From: an uncultured Phycisphaerales bacterium
GTDB lineage: Bacteria; Planctomycetota; Phycisphaerae; Tepidisphaerales; Tepidisphaeraceae
NCBI GenBank assembly: GCA_963844715.1
Contig: CAWJPJ010000007.1
Location: 1,216,001-1,280,000 of the forward strand
Direction of reading: 5' to 3'
DNA length: 64,000 nucleotides
Part shown: one piece after another, positions 52,500 to 62,001 of the stretch
How the letters are laid out: each line of letters opens with the position of its first letter
Position numbering within the stretch: the stretch's first letter is position 1
The notes under the pieces: generated by a model
The model's input: only the letters and a program-made list of their open reading frames with translations
Databases searched by the model: none
What the model was told of the DNA's origin: nothing
Translations under genes and position numbers: made by a program

Positions 52500-53735
52500 T
52501 TATGAGGGCGTTTTGAGTTCGGTGGGCCCGACGGTGACGATGGTGAAATCCTTGGGTTCGGTGCGGCGGAGATAGTCATTGATGCGGTCGGGGGTGACTT
52601 CATCGATGGCGGATTTGATTTCGTCGAGCGGGCGCATGCGGCCGCGCATGAAGAAATCGTGGGCGATCGCGCCGGCGCGGGCGGAGGTGGATTCGCCGTC
52701 CATGATGAGGCTGGCTTTGAGGCCGATTTTGCGCGATCGAGTTCCTGTTGGGTGACACCTTTGGCGAGTCGGCGGATTTCCGCCAGGAGGCAATCGAGTG
52801 TGGCCTGGGCGCGTTCGTTGCTGGTTCCCGCGTAGGCGAGGACGCCGGCGAAATTCTTCAGGCTGCTATACCCGGCCCAGACGCTGTAGCAGAGGGCGCG
52901 TTTTTCGCGGATTTCGGTGAAGAGGCGGCCGCTCATTCCGCCGCCGAGAACTTCGATGGCGAGGCGGACGACGTAGTAATCGGGGTCGGTCTCGAGAACG
53001 GACGGGTAGGCGACGCCGATGTGGGTCTGTTCGCTCTTTTGCAATTCGTGGTGTTTTTTTTGCTTCGAGGGAACGGATTCGATCGCCTTGCGGCGCGGCA
53101 GAGGGCAGGTCGGCGAAATATTTTTCGATCTCGGATTTGAGGGGATCGAAATCAACATTTCCGGCCACCGCGAGAATGGCGCCGGAGGCCTGATAGCGGC
53201 GCTGCCATTCGGTTTTGGCGTCCTTGAGGGTCAGGGATTTCAGGTCTTTGACTTCGCCGACGGGGTTTCGGCCGAAGGGAGCGGGCAAGAAAAATTGGCG
53301 AAGTTTGACAAGCAACATTTGCCGCGGATCGTCGGCAAGACTTTCGAGGGCCTGAAGGGCGAGATCGCGCGCGGCTTCGAAGCCGGTTTTGGGGAGTTGC
53401 GGGCGGCGGATGATGTCGGCGTAAGCCGGGATGCTCTCCATGACGCGGCCGGCGACGGCTTCGCAGGCGAAGCGGGCGTGATGAACGCCTACGCCGCTGG
53501 AGCGGTGCAGGCCAAGGCGGTCGAGATGATCGCTAAGTTGGCGCGTATCGCGGTCGCCGGCGCCGCGGATAACGAGATCGGCCAGGACGGTGGCGCAGCC
53601 GGATTTTCCGGGCGGATCGCCGGCGGCGCCGGCGACGAGTTGGATCGCCATGGCGGCGGATTGCACGCCCGGCATCTTTTCGCAGAGGAGTGTGAGTCCG
53701 TTGGAAAAGGTGTGCTGAAAATAGCGTTCGGGCAA
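52500..53735 (-). CDS. M16 peptidase family, non-catalytic subunit (frameshifted)
   Basis: NGLTLL, no HXXEH; LGGGMSGRLFTEIREKRALCYSV. Confidence 0.85.
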
Positions 53736-53745
53736 TGGTGCTCCC

Positions 53746-55051
53746 TCATTCCAGCGGATTCAGAACCATGCCCGTGGCCAGCTTGGGATAGAAATAGGTG
53801 CTCTTCTGGGGCATTACCTCATTGGTCTTGCCTAGTTCTTCCAGGGCGTGCAGGGGGGTGCTCTTGAGGAGCAGGGCGATCTGGTATTTGGAGCCATCGC
53901 ACATTTTTGTGACGGCGTGGCTGTCGGCGGTGTAGCCGCGAGTGGGGTCCTGCCCGGCGGCGAATTTGGGCTTGAGAATCTCGTCGAGGAGATAACGCTG
54001 CAGAATGGCGACGTCGAGCTTTCGCCAGGCGGGAGAATGATCGGGTTCGAGCTTGGCGAGCACGTCGGGATTCTTGAAGGTGATCTGCCAGCTCTTGCGG
54101 GTGCGGCCGTCGAAGAGGCCGAACGTCGCGGCGGGCTGCTTGGGGAGGACGGAGTCGATGTAATCGGGTAACTGTGATTCTGAAATGGGCAGTAGCTTGA
54201 CGTCGGCGACGGGGGCGAGGGCTTGTTCAAATGCGGCTTCGTCGAAAGACGGGATGTTTCCGATGAGGCGATGGGTCGGGAGAATCAACAGGCCGTCATC
54301 CTGCATGGGGACGAGATCGAAAAGACAGAAATTGGCGGGATGGTTGGGGGCCAGCGGCCGCCGGATTTTCGGTCATCTCTTTTTGATATTGAAGGGCCAT
54401 GGTGTAGCGGTGGTGGCCGTCGGCAATATAAATCGGGCGTGTGGCGAAGAAGTCGATGACGGTATTTTCGGCCTCGCTGTCGTTGACGGACCAGAGATCG
54501 TTCTGGACGTCGCCGAGGGTGGCGGAGATTTCGGGTCTGGCGAGATTGCGATAGAGAGCGCTGGTCACTTGTCCGCGCGGATCGGAGAAAAGACCGAAGA
54601 TGGGAGACAACTGCATACGGGTGGCGCGGCAGAGTTTGAGGCGGTCGTGGATGGCGTCGGGATAGGTTTTTTCGTGGGGGACAACCTGGCCCTGGCCGAA
54701 GGGGCTGAGGCGGACGAGGGCCAGAAAGCCGCGGCGGTGGAAGGAGCGGCCGCCGTATTGATAGGTCTGGGCGTAGGGATAGAAGGCGGCTTTGGCGTCC
54801 TTTTGAAGAATGCCGGCGGCGACCCAGGCCTGGAGGGTGACGGCGGCGCCGGCGTAGGCTTCATCCGGGCCGACGGTTTTTGCGGGTAGGTGGGGGAGAT
54901 CGACCGTGACGATATTATTGGGGTGCTTCGCTTGCAGGGCGGCTTTGGCGGAGTCTTCCAGGACGTCGTACGGGGGGGCGACCAGGTTTGAGAAATCAAA
55001 CCCCTTGTTACGGGCGTATCGAACTGCTGCAAACGGCCGAACCTGCGACAC
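53746..55051 (-). CDS. DUF1015 family protein (frameshift ~54330)
   Basis: VRPF.AVRY, APPYDV, PHEKT, YIADGHHRY, PTHRL, MPQKSTYFYPKL.TG. Confidence 0.9.
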
Positions 55052-55160
55052 TTCTTACTCCAATCCAATCCGCGCCAAGAATAAGAGTGCACCGGGAAAG
55101 ATCAAGCCGACGCGCGTTGGACGTGCCCAGCGTCTTCCGATAGGATCATAGGCGAAAATT

Positions 55161-56101
55161 ATGATCCGAATTATTCTTGCCAATCCCCGCGGATTCTGTG
55201 CCGGCGTCAACATGGCAATCGAGACGGTGAACCAGGTCCTTTCCCTCAAAGGGCCGCCGGTTTTCGTCTACCATGAGATCGTGCATAACCGGCACGTTGT
55301 GGATGGGTTCCGGACGCGCGGCGTGACATTTGTGGACGATATACGCGAAGTGCCGGAGGGGGGCCTGGTCGTTTATAGCGCCACGGGATTTCTCCGGAAG
55401 TTCGAGCCCAGGCGAAGCTGCGGCGGCTGGTGGAAGTGGACGCCACATGTCCGCTGGTGACGAAAGTTCACATGGAAGTGCTTCGCTACGTGCGCGATGG
55501 ATATACGGTGATTTTCATCGGACATCGGCAGCACGATGAGGCGGTGGGGACAGTTGGGGAAGCGCCGAATTCGATTATTGTGGTCGAGACGCCGGAGGAA
55601 GTGCAGAGGCTTCAGGTGTCGAACCCGAGCCGGTTGGCTTACGTGACGCAAACGACGCTGAGCGTTTCGGATGCGCAGCGAGTCATCGATGCGCTGAAGA
55701 AGCGGTTCCCGAATATTCGATATCCGGCCAAGGACGATATTTGTTACGCAACGACGAACAGGCAGAACGCCGTGACGTTCATGAGTCCGGAAGTGGATTT
55801 AGTGCTCGTGATCGGGAGCAAGAACAGTTCGAACAGCCAGCGATTGGTGGAGCGGGCCGTGGAAGTGGGAAAACCGGCTTATTTGATCGACGATGCGTCG
55901 GAACTCAAGACGGAATGGTTTGACGGGATCGGAGCAGTTCTGGTGACGGCGGGGGCGTCGGCGCCGGAGCATTTGGTGGAAGATCTGGTCGGCCGGCTGA
56001 AGCGGGATTTCGGGGGCGTGGTGGAGACGAAGACGCTTTTGGAAGAGGGAATTTCGTTCGAGTTGCCGAAGTCGGTGCGCAGCCTGGCGGTAGTCGGCTG
56101 A
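55161..56101 (+). CDS. ispH: 4-hydroxy-3-methylbut-2-enyl diphosphate reductase (frameshift ~55380)
   Basis: PRGFCAGV, HEIVHN, DATCPLV.KVH, TQTTLS, DICYAT.NRQ, NSSNS, TAGASAPE. Confidence 0.96.
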
Positions 56102-56105
56102 GAGG

Positions 56106-56179
56106 AAATGCGGAATGCTGAATGATGAATGCTGAGTGCTGAATTAAATTCATCATTCAGTGTTCATCATTCAGCATTT
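56106..56179. repeat. Palindrome built from 7-nt tandem units (AATGCTG/AATGATG)
   Basis: AATGCGG-AATGCTG-AATGATG-AATGCTG-AGTGCTG-AATTAAATT-CATCATT-CAGTGTT-CATCATT-CAGCATT. Confidence 0.85.
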
Positions 56180-56196
56180 TTTGTTCGTGAGGTTTT

Positions 56197-56943
56197 ATGA
56201 AGGGCGTAATTCTTGCCGGCGGGACGGGGTCTCGGCTGCTGCCTCTGACGAAAGTCACTAATAAGCATCTGCTTCCGGTCTATAACAAGCCGATGATTTT
56301 TTATCCCCTGGAGTGCATGGCCAAGGCGGGGATTGATGAAGTGTTGCTGGTCACCGGCGGGAACAACAGCGGGGATTTCATCCGGCTGCTGGGGAACGGG
56401 CGGGATTTTGGGCTGAAGAATTTGAATTACACTTATCAGGATGGGGCGGGGGGGATCGCCCAGGCGCTGAGTCTGGCGGAGCATTTTGTGGGGGGGGATA
56501 GTATTTGCCTGATCCTGGGTGACAACATTCTGGAATATACGATCAAGGAGCCTTGCCGGAAGTTTCGGCATCAGGGGCAGGGGGCGAAGATTCTTTTGTC
56601 GCAGGTGGAGAATCCGAAAGCGTACGGCGTCGCGGAATTGGACGGGACGCGGGTGCTTCGGATTGTCGAGAAGCCGAAGGAGCCCAAGAGCAACTGGGCG
56701 GTGATCGGGATTTATTTTTACGACAACAAGGTATTCGACATCGTCCGGACGCTAAAGCCATCGGCTCGAAACGAATTGGAAATCACCGATGTGAATAACG
56801 CGTATATCGATCGCGGGGAGATGACGGCCGACAAGGTCGACGGGTTTTGGGCCGACGCGGGGGAAAACATCGACTTCTATCTGAAGGCATGCAATATGAT
56901 TTCGCAGTGCGGGGGAGCGAACAAGGAAGAGGCGCATAAGTGA
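56197..56943 (+). CDS. rmlA: Glucose-1-phosphate thymidylyltransferase (short RmlA/SpsI type)
   Basis: GVILAGGTGSRL.PLT...NKHLLPVYNKPMI, LGDNI, EKP, PSARNELEITD. Confidence 0.9.
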   Translation: MKGVILAGGTGSRLLPLTKVTNKHLLPVYNKPMIFYPLECMAKAGIDEVLLVTGGNNSGDFIRLLGNGRDFGLKNLNYTYQDGAGGIAQALSLAEHFVGGDSICLILGDNILEYTIKEPCRKFRHQGQGAKILLSQVENPKAYGVAELDGTRVLRIVEKPKEPKSNWAVIGIYFYDNKVFDIVRTLKPSARNELEITDVNNAYIDRGEMTADKVDGFWADAGENIDFYLKACNMISQCGGANKEEAHK

Positions 56944-56967
56944 CGGTCCTTTTGTAGAATCGGATTC

Positions 56968-57990
56968 ATGGCAAGTATTCTGGTCACGGGCGCCGCGGGG
57001 TTCATCGGATCGAATTTTGTTCGGTATCTGGTGGAGCGAAAAACCGGCGACACCATCGTGGCGTTCGACAAGCTGACCTATGCGGGGAATCTGGCGAATA
57101 TTCAGGATTTGCTCGGCGAGAAGGTGATTTTCATCCGGGGGGACATCTGTGAGCCGTTGCAAGTCACGGAGGCGTGGGAGCGACACAAGGTTACCCACGT
57201 GGTGAATTTCGCGGCTGAGAGCCATGTGGACCGGTCGATTTTGTCGTCGGGGCCGTTCGTGCAGACAAATGTCGTCGGGACGCAAATTCTTTTGGACATC
57301 GCGCGGGCGAAGGGGGTCGAGAAGTTTCTCCAGGTGAGCACGGATGAGGTTTACGGGTCGCTGCCGGAGGATAAGCCGGAGGTGAAGTTCACCGAGGAGA
57401 CGCCGCTTCAGCCGAACAGCCCATATAGCGCGACCAAGGCGGCGGCGGATTGTTTGGCGCGGGCTTATTTTCACACGTTCAATATGCCGGTGCTGATCAC
57501 GCGATGCAGCAACAATTACGGGCCGTATCAGTTTCCGGAAAAGCTGATCCCGCTCTTTGTGACCAATCTGATCGAGGGGAAGAAAGTTCCGTTGTACGGC
57601 GACGGAATGAACATCCGCGATTGGCTTTATGTGGAAGACCATTGCGATGCGCTCTGGACCGTTCTGACGAAAGGGGCCGCGGGCGAAGTGTTTAACATCG
57701 GGGGGAATAACGAGATTCCGAATCGGAAGATCACGGAGACGATTTTGAGGGAGATGGGGAAGCCCTGGGATCAGTTTGTGCAATATGTGAAGGACCGGCC
57801 CGGGCATGATCGGCGGTATGCGATCGATGCCCAGAAGATTCGGCGCGAGCTGGGGTGGTCGCCGAAGCATCGGTTTGAGGAGGCGATTCGGACCACGATC
57901 GAGTGGTTCAAGCGGAATGAATCGTGGTGGCGGAGCATTAAAAGCGGTGAATATCTGAAATACTACGAAACGCAGTATTCGGGGAGATAG
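56968..57990 (+). CDS. rfbB: dTDP-glucose 4,6-dehydratase
   Basis: TGAAGFIGSN, DKLTYAGN, FAAESHVDRS, STDEVYG, PYSATKA, NNYGPYQFPEKLIP, DRPGHDRRY. Confidence 0.96.
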   Translation: MASILVTGAAGFIGSNFVRYLVERKTGDTIVAFDKLTYAGNLANIQDLLGEKVIFIRGDICEPLQVTEAWERHKVTHVVNFAAESHVDRSILSSGPFVQTNVVGTQILLDIARAKGVEKFLQVSTDEVYGSLPEDKPEVKFTEETPLQPNSPYSATKAAADCLARAYFHTFNMPVLITRCSNNYGPYQFPEKLIPLFVTNLIEGKKVPLYGDGMNIRDWLYVEDHCDALWTVLTKGAAGEVFNIGGNNEIPNRKITETILREMGKPWDQFVQYVKDRPGHDRRYAIDAQKIRRELGWSPKHRFEEAIRTTIEWFKRNESWWRSIKSGEYLKYYETQYSGR

Positions 57991-58491
57991 ATGTCGCAGG
58001 GATCGGAAATATCCATCCTGCCCGCGGCTGAAGCCGATGTCCCGGTCATTTTAGATTTCATCCGGCGCTTGGCGGAGTACGAGAAGCTTGCGCACGAGGT
58101 CCAGGCTTCGGAGGACCTGCTTCGCAAAAATATTTTTGGCCCTCATCCGGCTGCCGAAGCGATCATCGCCAGGCTCGGCGGCAAGCCCGCCGGGTTTGCG
58201 CTTTGGTTTGGGACGTTTTCGACGTTTGTGGGGAAGCCGGGGATTTGGCTCGAGGATTTGTTTGTGCTTCCCGAATTCAGGCGCAATGGGATTGGGTTGG
58301 CGCTGCTTCGGCGGGTGGCGCAGATTGCGATCGATCGGGATTGCGGACGGATTGAATGGTCGGTGCTGGATTGGAACGAGCCGGCGTTGAAACTCTATCG
58401 CAAGCTGGGGACGGTTCCGATGTCCGATTGGACGACGCAGCGGCTGAGATTGACAGGCGAGCCGCTTCGCTGGCTGGCGGAGAAGCCATGA
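57991..58491 (+). CDS. GNAT acetyltransferase (spermidine/diamine N-acetyltransferase-like)
   Basis: I..LAEYEK, FSTF.GKPGIWLEDLFV.PEFR.NGIG, IEWSVLDWNEPA..LY. Confidence 0.9.
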   Translation: MSQGSEISILPAAEADVPVILDFIRRLAEYEKLAHEVQASEDLLRKNIFGPHPAAEAIIARLGGKPAGFALWFGTFSTFVGKPGIWLEDLFVLPEFRRNGIGLALLRRVAQIAIDRDCGRIEWSVLDWNEPALKLYRKLGTVPMSDWTTQRLRLTGEPLRWLAEKP

Positions 58492-59369
58492 GCCTTTACG
58501 ATTCGATTTTGATTACCGGGGCGGGGGGGATGCTCGGGCATGCGTTTGCCGATGCACTGGCTGCGCGGGGGCGGAGGGCGATTGGGTTGTCGCGGTCGGA
58601 ATTGGATATCGCGGATGAGGGCAAATTAGCCGAAGTATTTAAAAAACATCGTCCTTCGCTGGTGCTGAATTGTGCGGCCCATACGAAGGTTGATCTTTGC
58701 GAACAGGAAAGGGAGAGGGCGGATGCGATTAACGGATATGCGGTTGGACGGGTGGCGCGGCTTTGCCGGGAGCAGAACGCGTGTCTGGTTCATCTTAGCA
58801 CGGATTTTGTTTTTGACGGGTCTGGTCGTCGGCCGTATCTGCCGGATGACGAGGTCGATCCTCTGAGCGCGTACGGGCGGTCGAAATTGCTTGGGGAGAC
58901 GGAATTGCAGAAGCACGCGCCGGCGCGGTGGTTGCTGGTTCGGACGGCTTGGGTTTATGGGCGGCATGGGGCGAATTTTCCGCGGACGATGGTTCAAGCG
59001 GCGCAGGCGGGGAAGCCGCTGACGGTAGTGAACGATCAGTTCGGCTCGCCGACGTATACGCCGGACTTGGCGGAGGGGATTCTGGACCTATTAGACGCCG
59101 GAGCTTCGGGCATCTGGCATTTGACGAATTCGGGGACGACGAATTGGTTCGAATTTGCAACGGCGACACTCGGGCAATTTGGCGTGAAGGCGCAGATTTC
59201 GCCGGCGAGCAGCGGGGAGTGGAAGAAGATGAGGCCGGAGTCGGCGATCCGGCCGGGATATAGCGTGCTGGACATCGAGCCATTCGCGCGGCGGGTCGGG
59301 CGGCCGATGCGGCCTTGGCAGGAAGCCCTGGCGGATTACCGCGCGGAAGTGCAGAGGCAAGGGTTCTGA
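58488..59369 (+). CDS. rfbD: dTDP-4-dehydrorhamnose reductase
   Basis: ITGAGGMLG, NCAAHTKVD..E, STDFVFDG, YGRSKL.GE, RTAWVY, DQFGSPTY. Confidence 0.94.
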   Translation: MSLYDSILITGAGGMLGHAFADALAARGRRAIGLSRSELDIADEGKLAEVFKKHRPSLVLNCAAHTKVDLCEQERERADAINGYAVGRVARLCREQNACLVHLSTDFVFDGSGRRPYLPDDEVDPLSAYGRSKLLGETELQKHAPARWLLVRTAWVYGRHGANFPRTMVQAAQAGKPLTVVNDQFGSPTYTPDLAEGILDLLDAGASGIWHLTNSGTTNWFEFATATLGQFGVKAQISPASSGEWKKMRPESAIRPGYSVLDIEPFARRVGRPMRPWQEALADYRAEVQRQGF

Positions 59370-59399
59370 GTATAATTGTGAAGCATTAGGAGTCTGTTA

Positions 59400-59804
59400 A
59401 TGCGACCGCATCTCTTTTTGTTGCTTGCCGCTACATTGCTGTGGGGTTGCGGGACGGACCACTCGAGCGAAGGTCATGCCGGGGCGGGCCCGCAATATTT
59501 AATTAGCGGGAACGTGCCGGCCGCGGGACGCCATGATTTGCATCCGGGCGATACGGTCTCGGTCGTGCTGGACCGCGATCTGGCGGATGCCAACGTCGGG
59601 GCGATTACACTGGTGCTGGTCCGGCAAGGCCCTGAGGGAAAGTCGCGGCAACTGATTCAATTGAACGCGTCGGGAAAGTTGATGGATGAAAAGCAGAACT
59701 ATGTTCTGCGGGACGGGGACGAGCTGATCTTCCCGAGCGGGGCGTCGAGTCCGGAATCGTCGTCGAATCGCCCGGACCTTCCACCGGCGCGCGGCGGTCC
59801 GTGA
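59400..59804 (+). CDS. Putative lipoprotein, possibly SLBB/beta-grasp-like
   Basis: LWGC lipobox; ISGNV...G; LVRQ; LRDGDELIF. Confidence 0.55.
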   Translation: MRPHLFLLLAATLLWGCGTDHSSEGHAGAGPQYLISGNVPAAGRHDLHPGDTVSVVLDRDLADANVGAITLVLVRQGPEGKSRQLIQLNASGKLMDEKQNYVLRDGDELIFPSGASSPESSSNRPDLPPARGGP

Positions 59805-59822
59805 GTTTCGAGAGCCGCGCCG

Positions 59823-61765
59823 ATGGTTCATTTATTCCTTAAAACGTACCGCGACGCGGCGCCGCAGCGCAATGCCGAGATGGCCGAGGCGGTCCGTCGC
59901 AGTAAAGCTTGCCGTTTTATCGACCAGGTGGTCGAGGTCGCCGAGCCGGCGCAGATGTCGATGCGGGAGATGATGTCGCTGGCGCGATCTCGCGTGGGGT
60001 GGGCGGACGTGGTGGTGATCGCCAACGGGGATATTTATTTCGACGATACGGCGAGTTTGCTGAATCATGTCGGGTACGAGGAGTGTTTCGCGCTGTCGAG
60101 ATATGAAGATGAGCGGGGGGAACAGCTTTGCGAGAATCCGCAGGGGAGCCAGTCATCGTGGGTATTTCGCGGGCCGCCGCCGGATGTGGCGGCGGAATTT
60201 GCGACGTGCGTGCCGGGGTGCGACCACCGGTTTAACTGGCTTTTGAAGGAGGCGGGGTACTCGGTTTACAACCCGTCGTTATCGATCAAGTCGCACCATC
60301 TGCACACCAGCGGGATTCGATACTTCGATGCCCAGCGTGACAAGGTGCCGGGTGAGGGACTGCTGGTGGCGCCCTGCCGCATCGAGAATATTCGGCATCG
60401 GGCGTCGGATCCGGTGCTGAAGCCGGGGAGGGTGGCGATCATTCAGCTTCAGGCGTTCGGGGATATCGTGATCGCGCTGCCGATCGCGTACGACCTGGCG
60501 CGGCAAGGTCACCAGGTCTCCTGGTATGTGCGTCCGGAGTGTGCTCCTTTGCTGGAGGGAGTCAGCTATGTGACGCCGGTGATTTGGGAGGGGGACTACA
60601 AGAAGCCGGCGGAGGCGGCCGAGCACGCCAAGGCGCACGGGTTTGATCTGGTGCTGGGGACGCAGGCCGATCATTTCCCGGAGGCGAGTCCGCAAAAGTT
60701 GAGAAGCTTTGCGGCGGAGATGTGGGCCCGCGCGGGTATTTGGATAAATTCCATATTCTTCCGTGCGCCTTTGATCGCGCACACGCGCCCGTCGAGGGAT
60801 GGAAGCCCGCGGGAGGGAAGCCGATCCTCGCCTATTGTCTGGACGCCCGCACCTCGCCCTATCCGAAGGACTCGAAGCAGCGCCTGGTGGACTGGCTAGA
60901 GAAGAATTTCGGCGGCGATTTTAACCTTCTGCAGATCGATGCATCGCTGGGAAAGCCGGATGCCTTATCGCTGATCCTGCGCGAGGTTAAGGTCCTTATC
61001 TCGGTTGACACATTTCCGCTGCACATGGCATATGCGGCGGGTACGCCGACCATCGCCATCACCGCGAAGGGTCGAAGGGCCAGCGAGCCGCGGCGAAACT
61101 GGATCGAGCAGATCGACTACGGGCAAAGCGCGATGGGGGACGGGTTTGAGAGGATTTCGGCCGCGCTGCGCGCCGTGCTCGCGGGCAAAATCGAACCGGG
61201 GCGCCTCATTGTGCGGCCGGAAGAGATGCCGGCGCAGCCTCCTTCGCAGCTTCGCGTGCTATCCATCTTGATCCCGGCGGTTAACCGGAATCAGCCCGGT
61301 TTGCGCCAGCTCCTCGACGGATTGGTCACGCAATTGGTCGGTCATCACGAAATCGAAGTCACGGTCGATGATACGGACGACGGCAAAACTCCGCTATGGG
61401 AAAAGAGAAACAATCTTCTGCGCGGGGCCAATGGCGAGTATTGTTGCTTCATTGACGTGGGGGATAATGTGGGGAGCGATTATATCGGGCTGATTGTTCG
61501 GGCATTGGGGGATCGGCCCGACTGCGTCGGTTTTAAGGTGGGGCGCGTCGCCGATGGAAAGGTGCAGTCCGAGGAGATTCATTCGTTGGAAGAGGGCGGC
61601 GGGTCGTTGGGCATCAGTCATCTGTGCCCGGTGCGAACCGAAATCGCCAGAAAGATCGGCTTTGGCCCCGGGGGAGATGGCGACTATGCCCGGAAACTGG
61701 CGGCGAGCGGGCTTCTTGAATTCGAGAACTTCATCGACGCCGTGATCTATGCCAAGTCAGTTTAG
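59823..61765 (+). CDS. Multidomain glycosyltransferase-like protein, copy 1 (frameshift ~60735)
   Basis: N-terminal IANGDIYFD domain; central GT9-like FGDIVIALP...ISVDTFPLHMAYA.GTPTI; C-terminal GT2-like LSILIP...KRN.LL..A.GEYCCFID. Confidence 0.75.
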
Positions 61766-61840
61766 AGTAAGGCTCTCGAATCGCCGACAATTCCCCTGCA
61801 ATCGGCGGAGGAACGACGCGGCGGACGCCTTCTTTTTTCT

Positions 61841-61975
61841 CCCTCTCCCTGTACGCAGGGAGAGGGCAGGGGTGAGGGTTCTTTCGGTCCGCGCGGATCG
61901 TCCCTCACCCCTCGCGCAGAACCTGGCGGAAGACGAAAGAGAGTGCTCTCCCCGAGTACAGGGAGAGGGGATAAA
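61841..61975. repeat. Inverted doublet of REP-like repeats (copies E and F)
   Basis: E: CCCTCTCCCTGTACGCAGGGAGAGGGCAGGGGTGAGGGTT; F: CCCTCACCCC[insert]CTCTCCCCGAGTACAGGGAGAGGGGATAAA. Confidence 0.8.
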
Positions 61976-62001
61976 TGCGGTGCGGACGGCGGACGAGCGT
62001 C

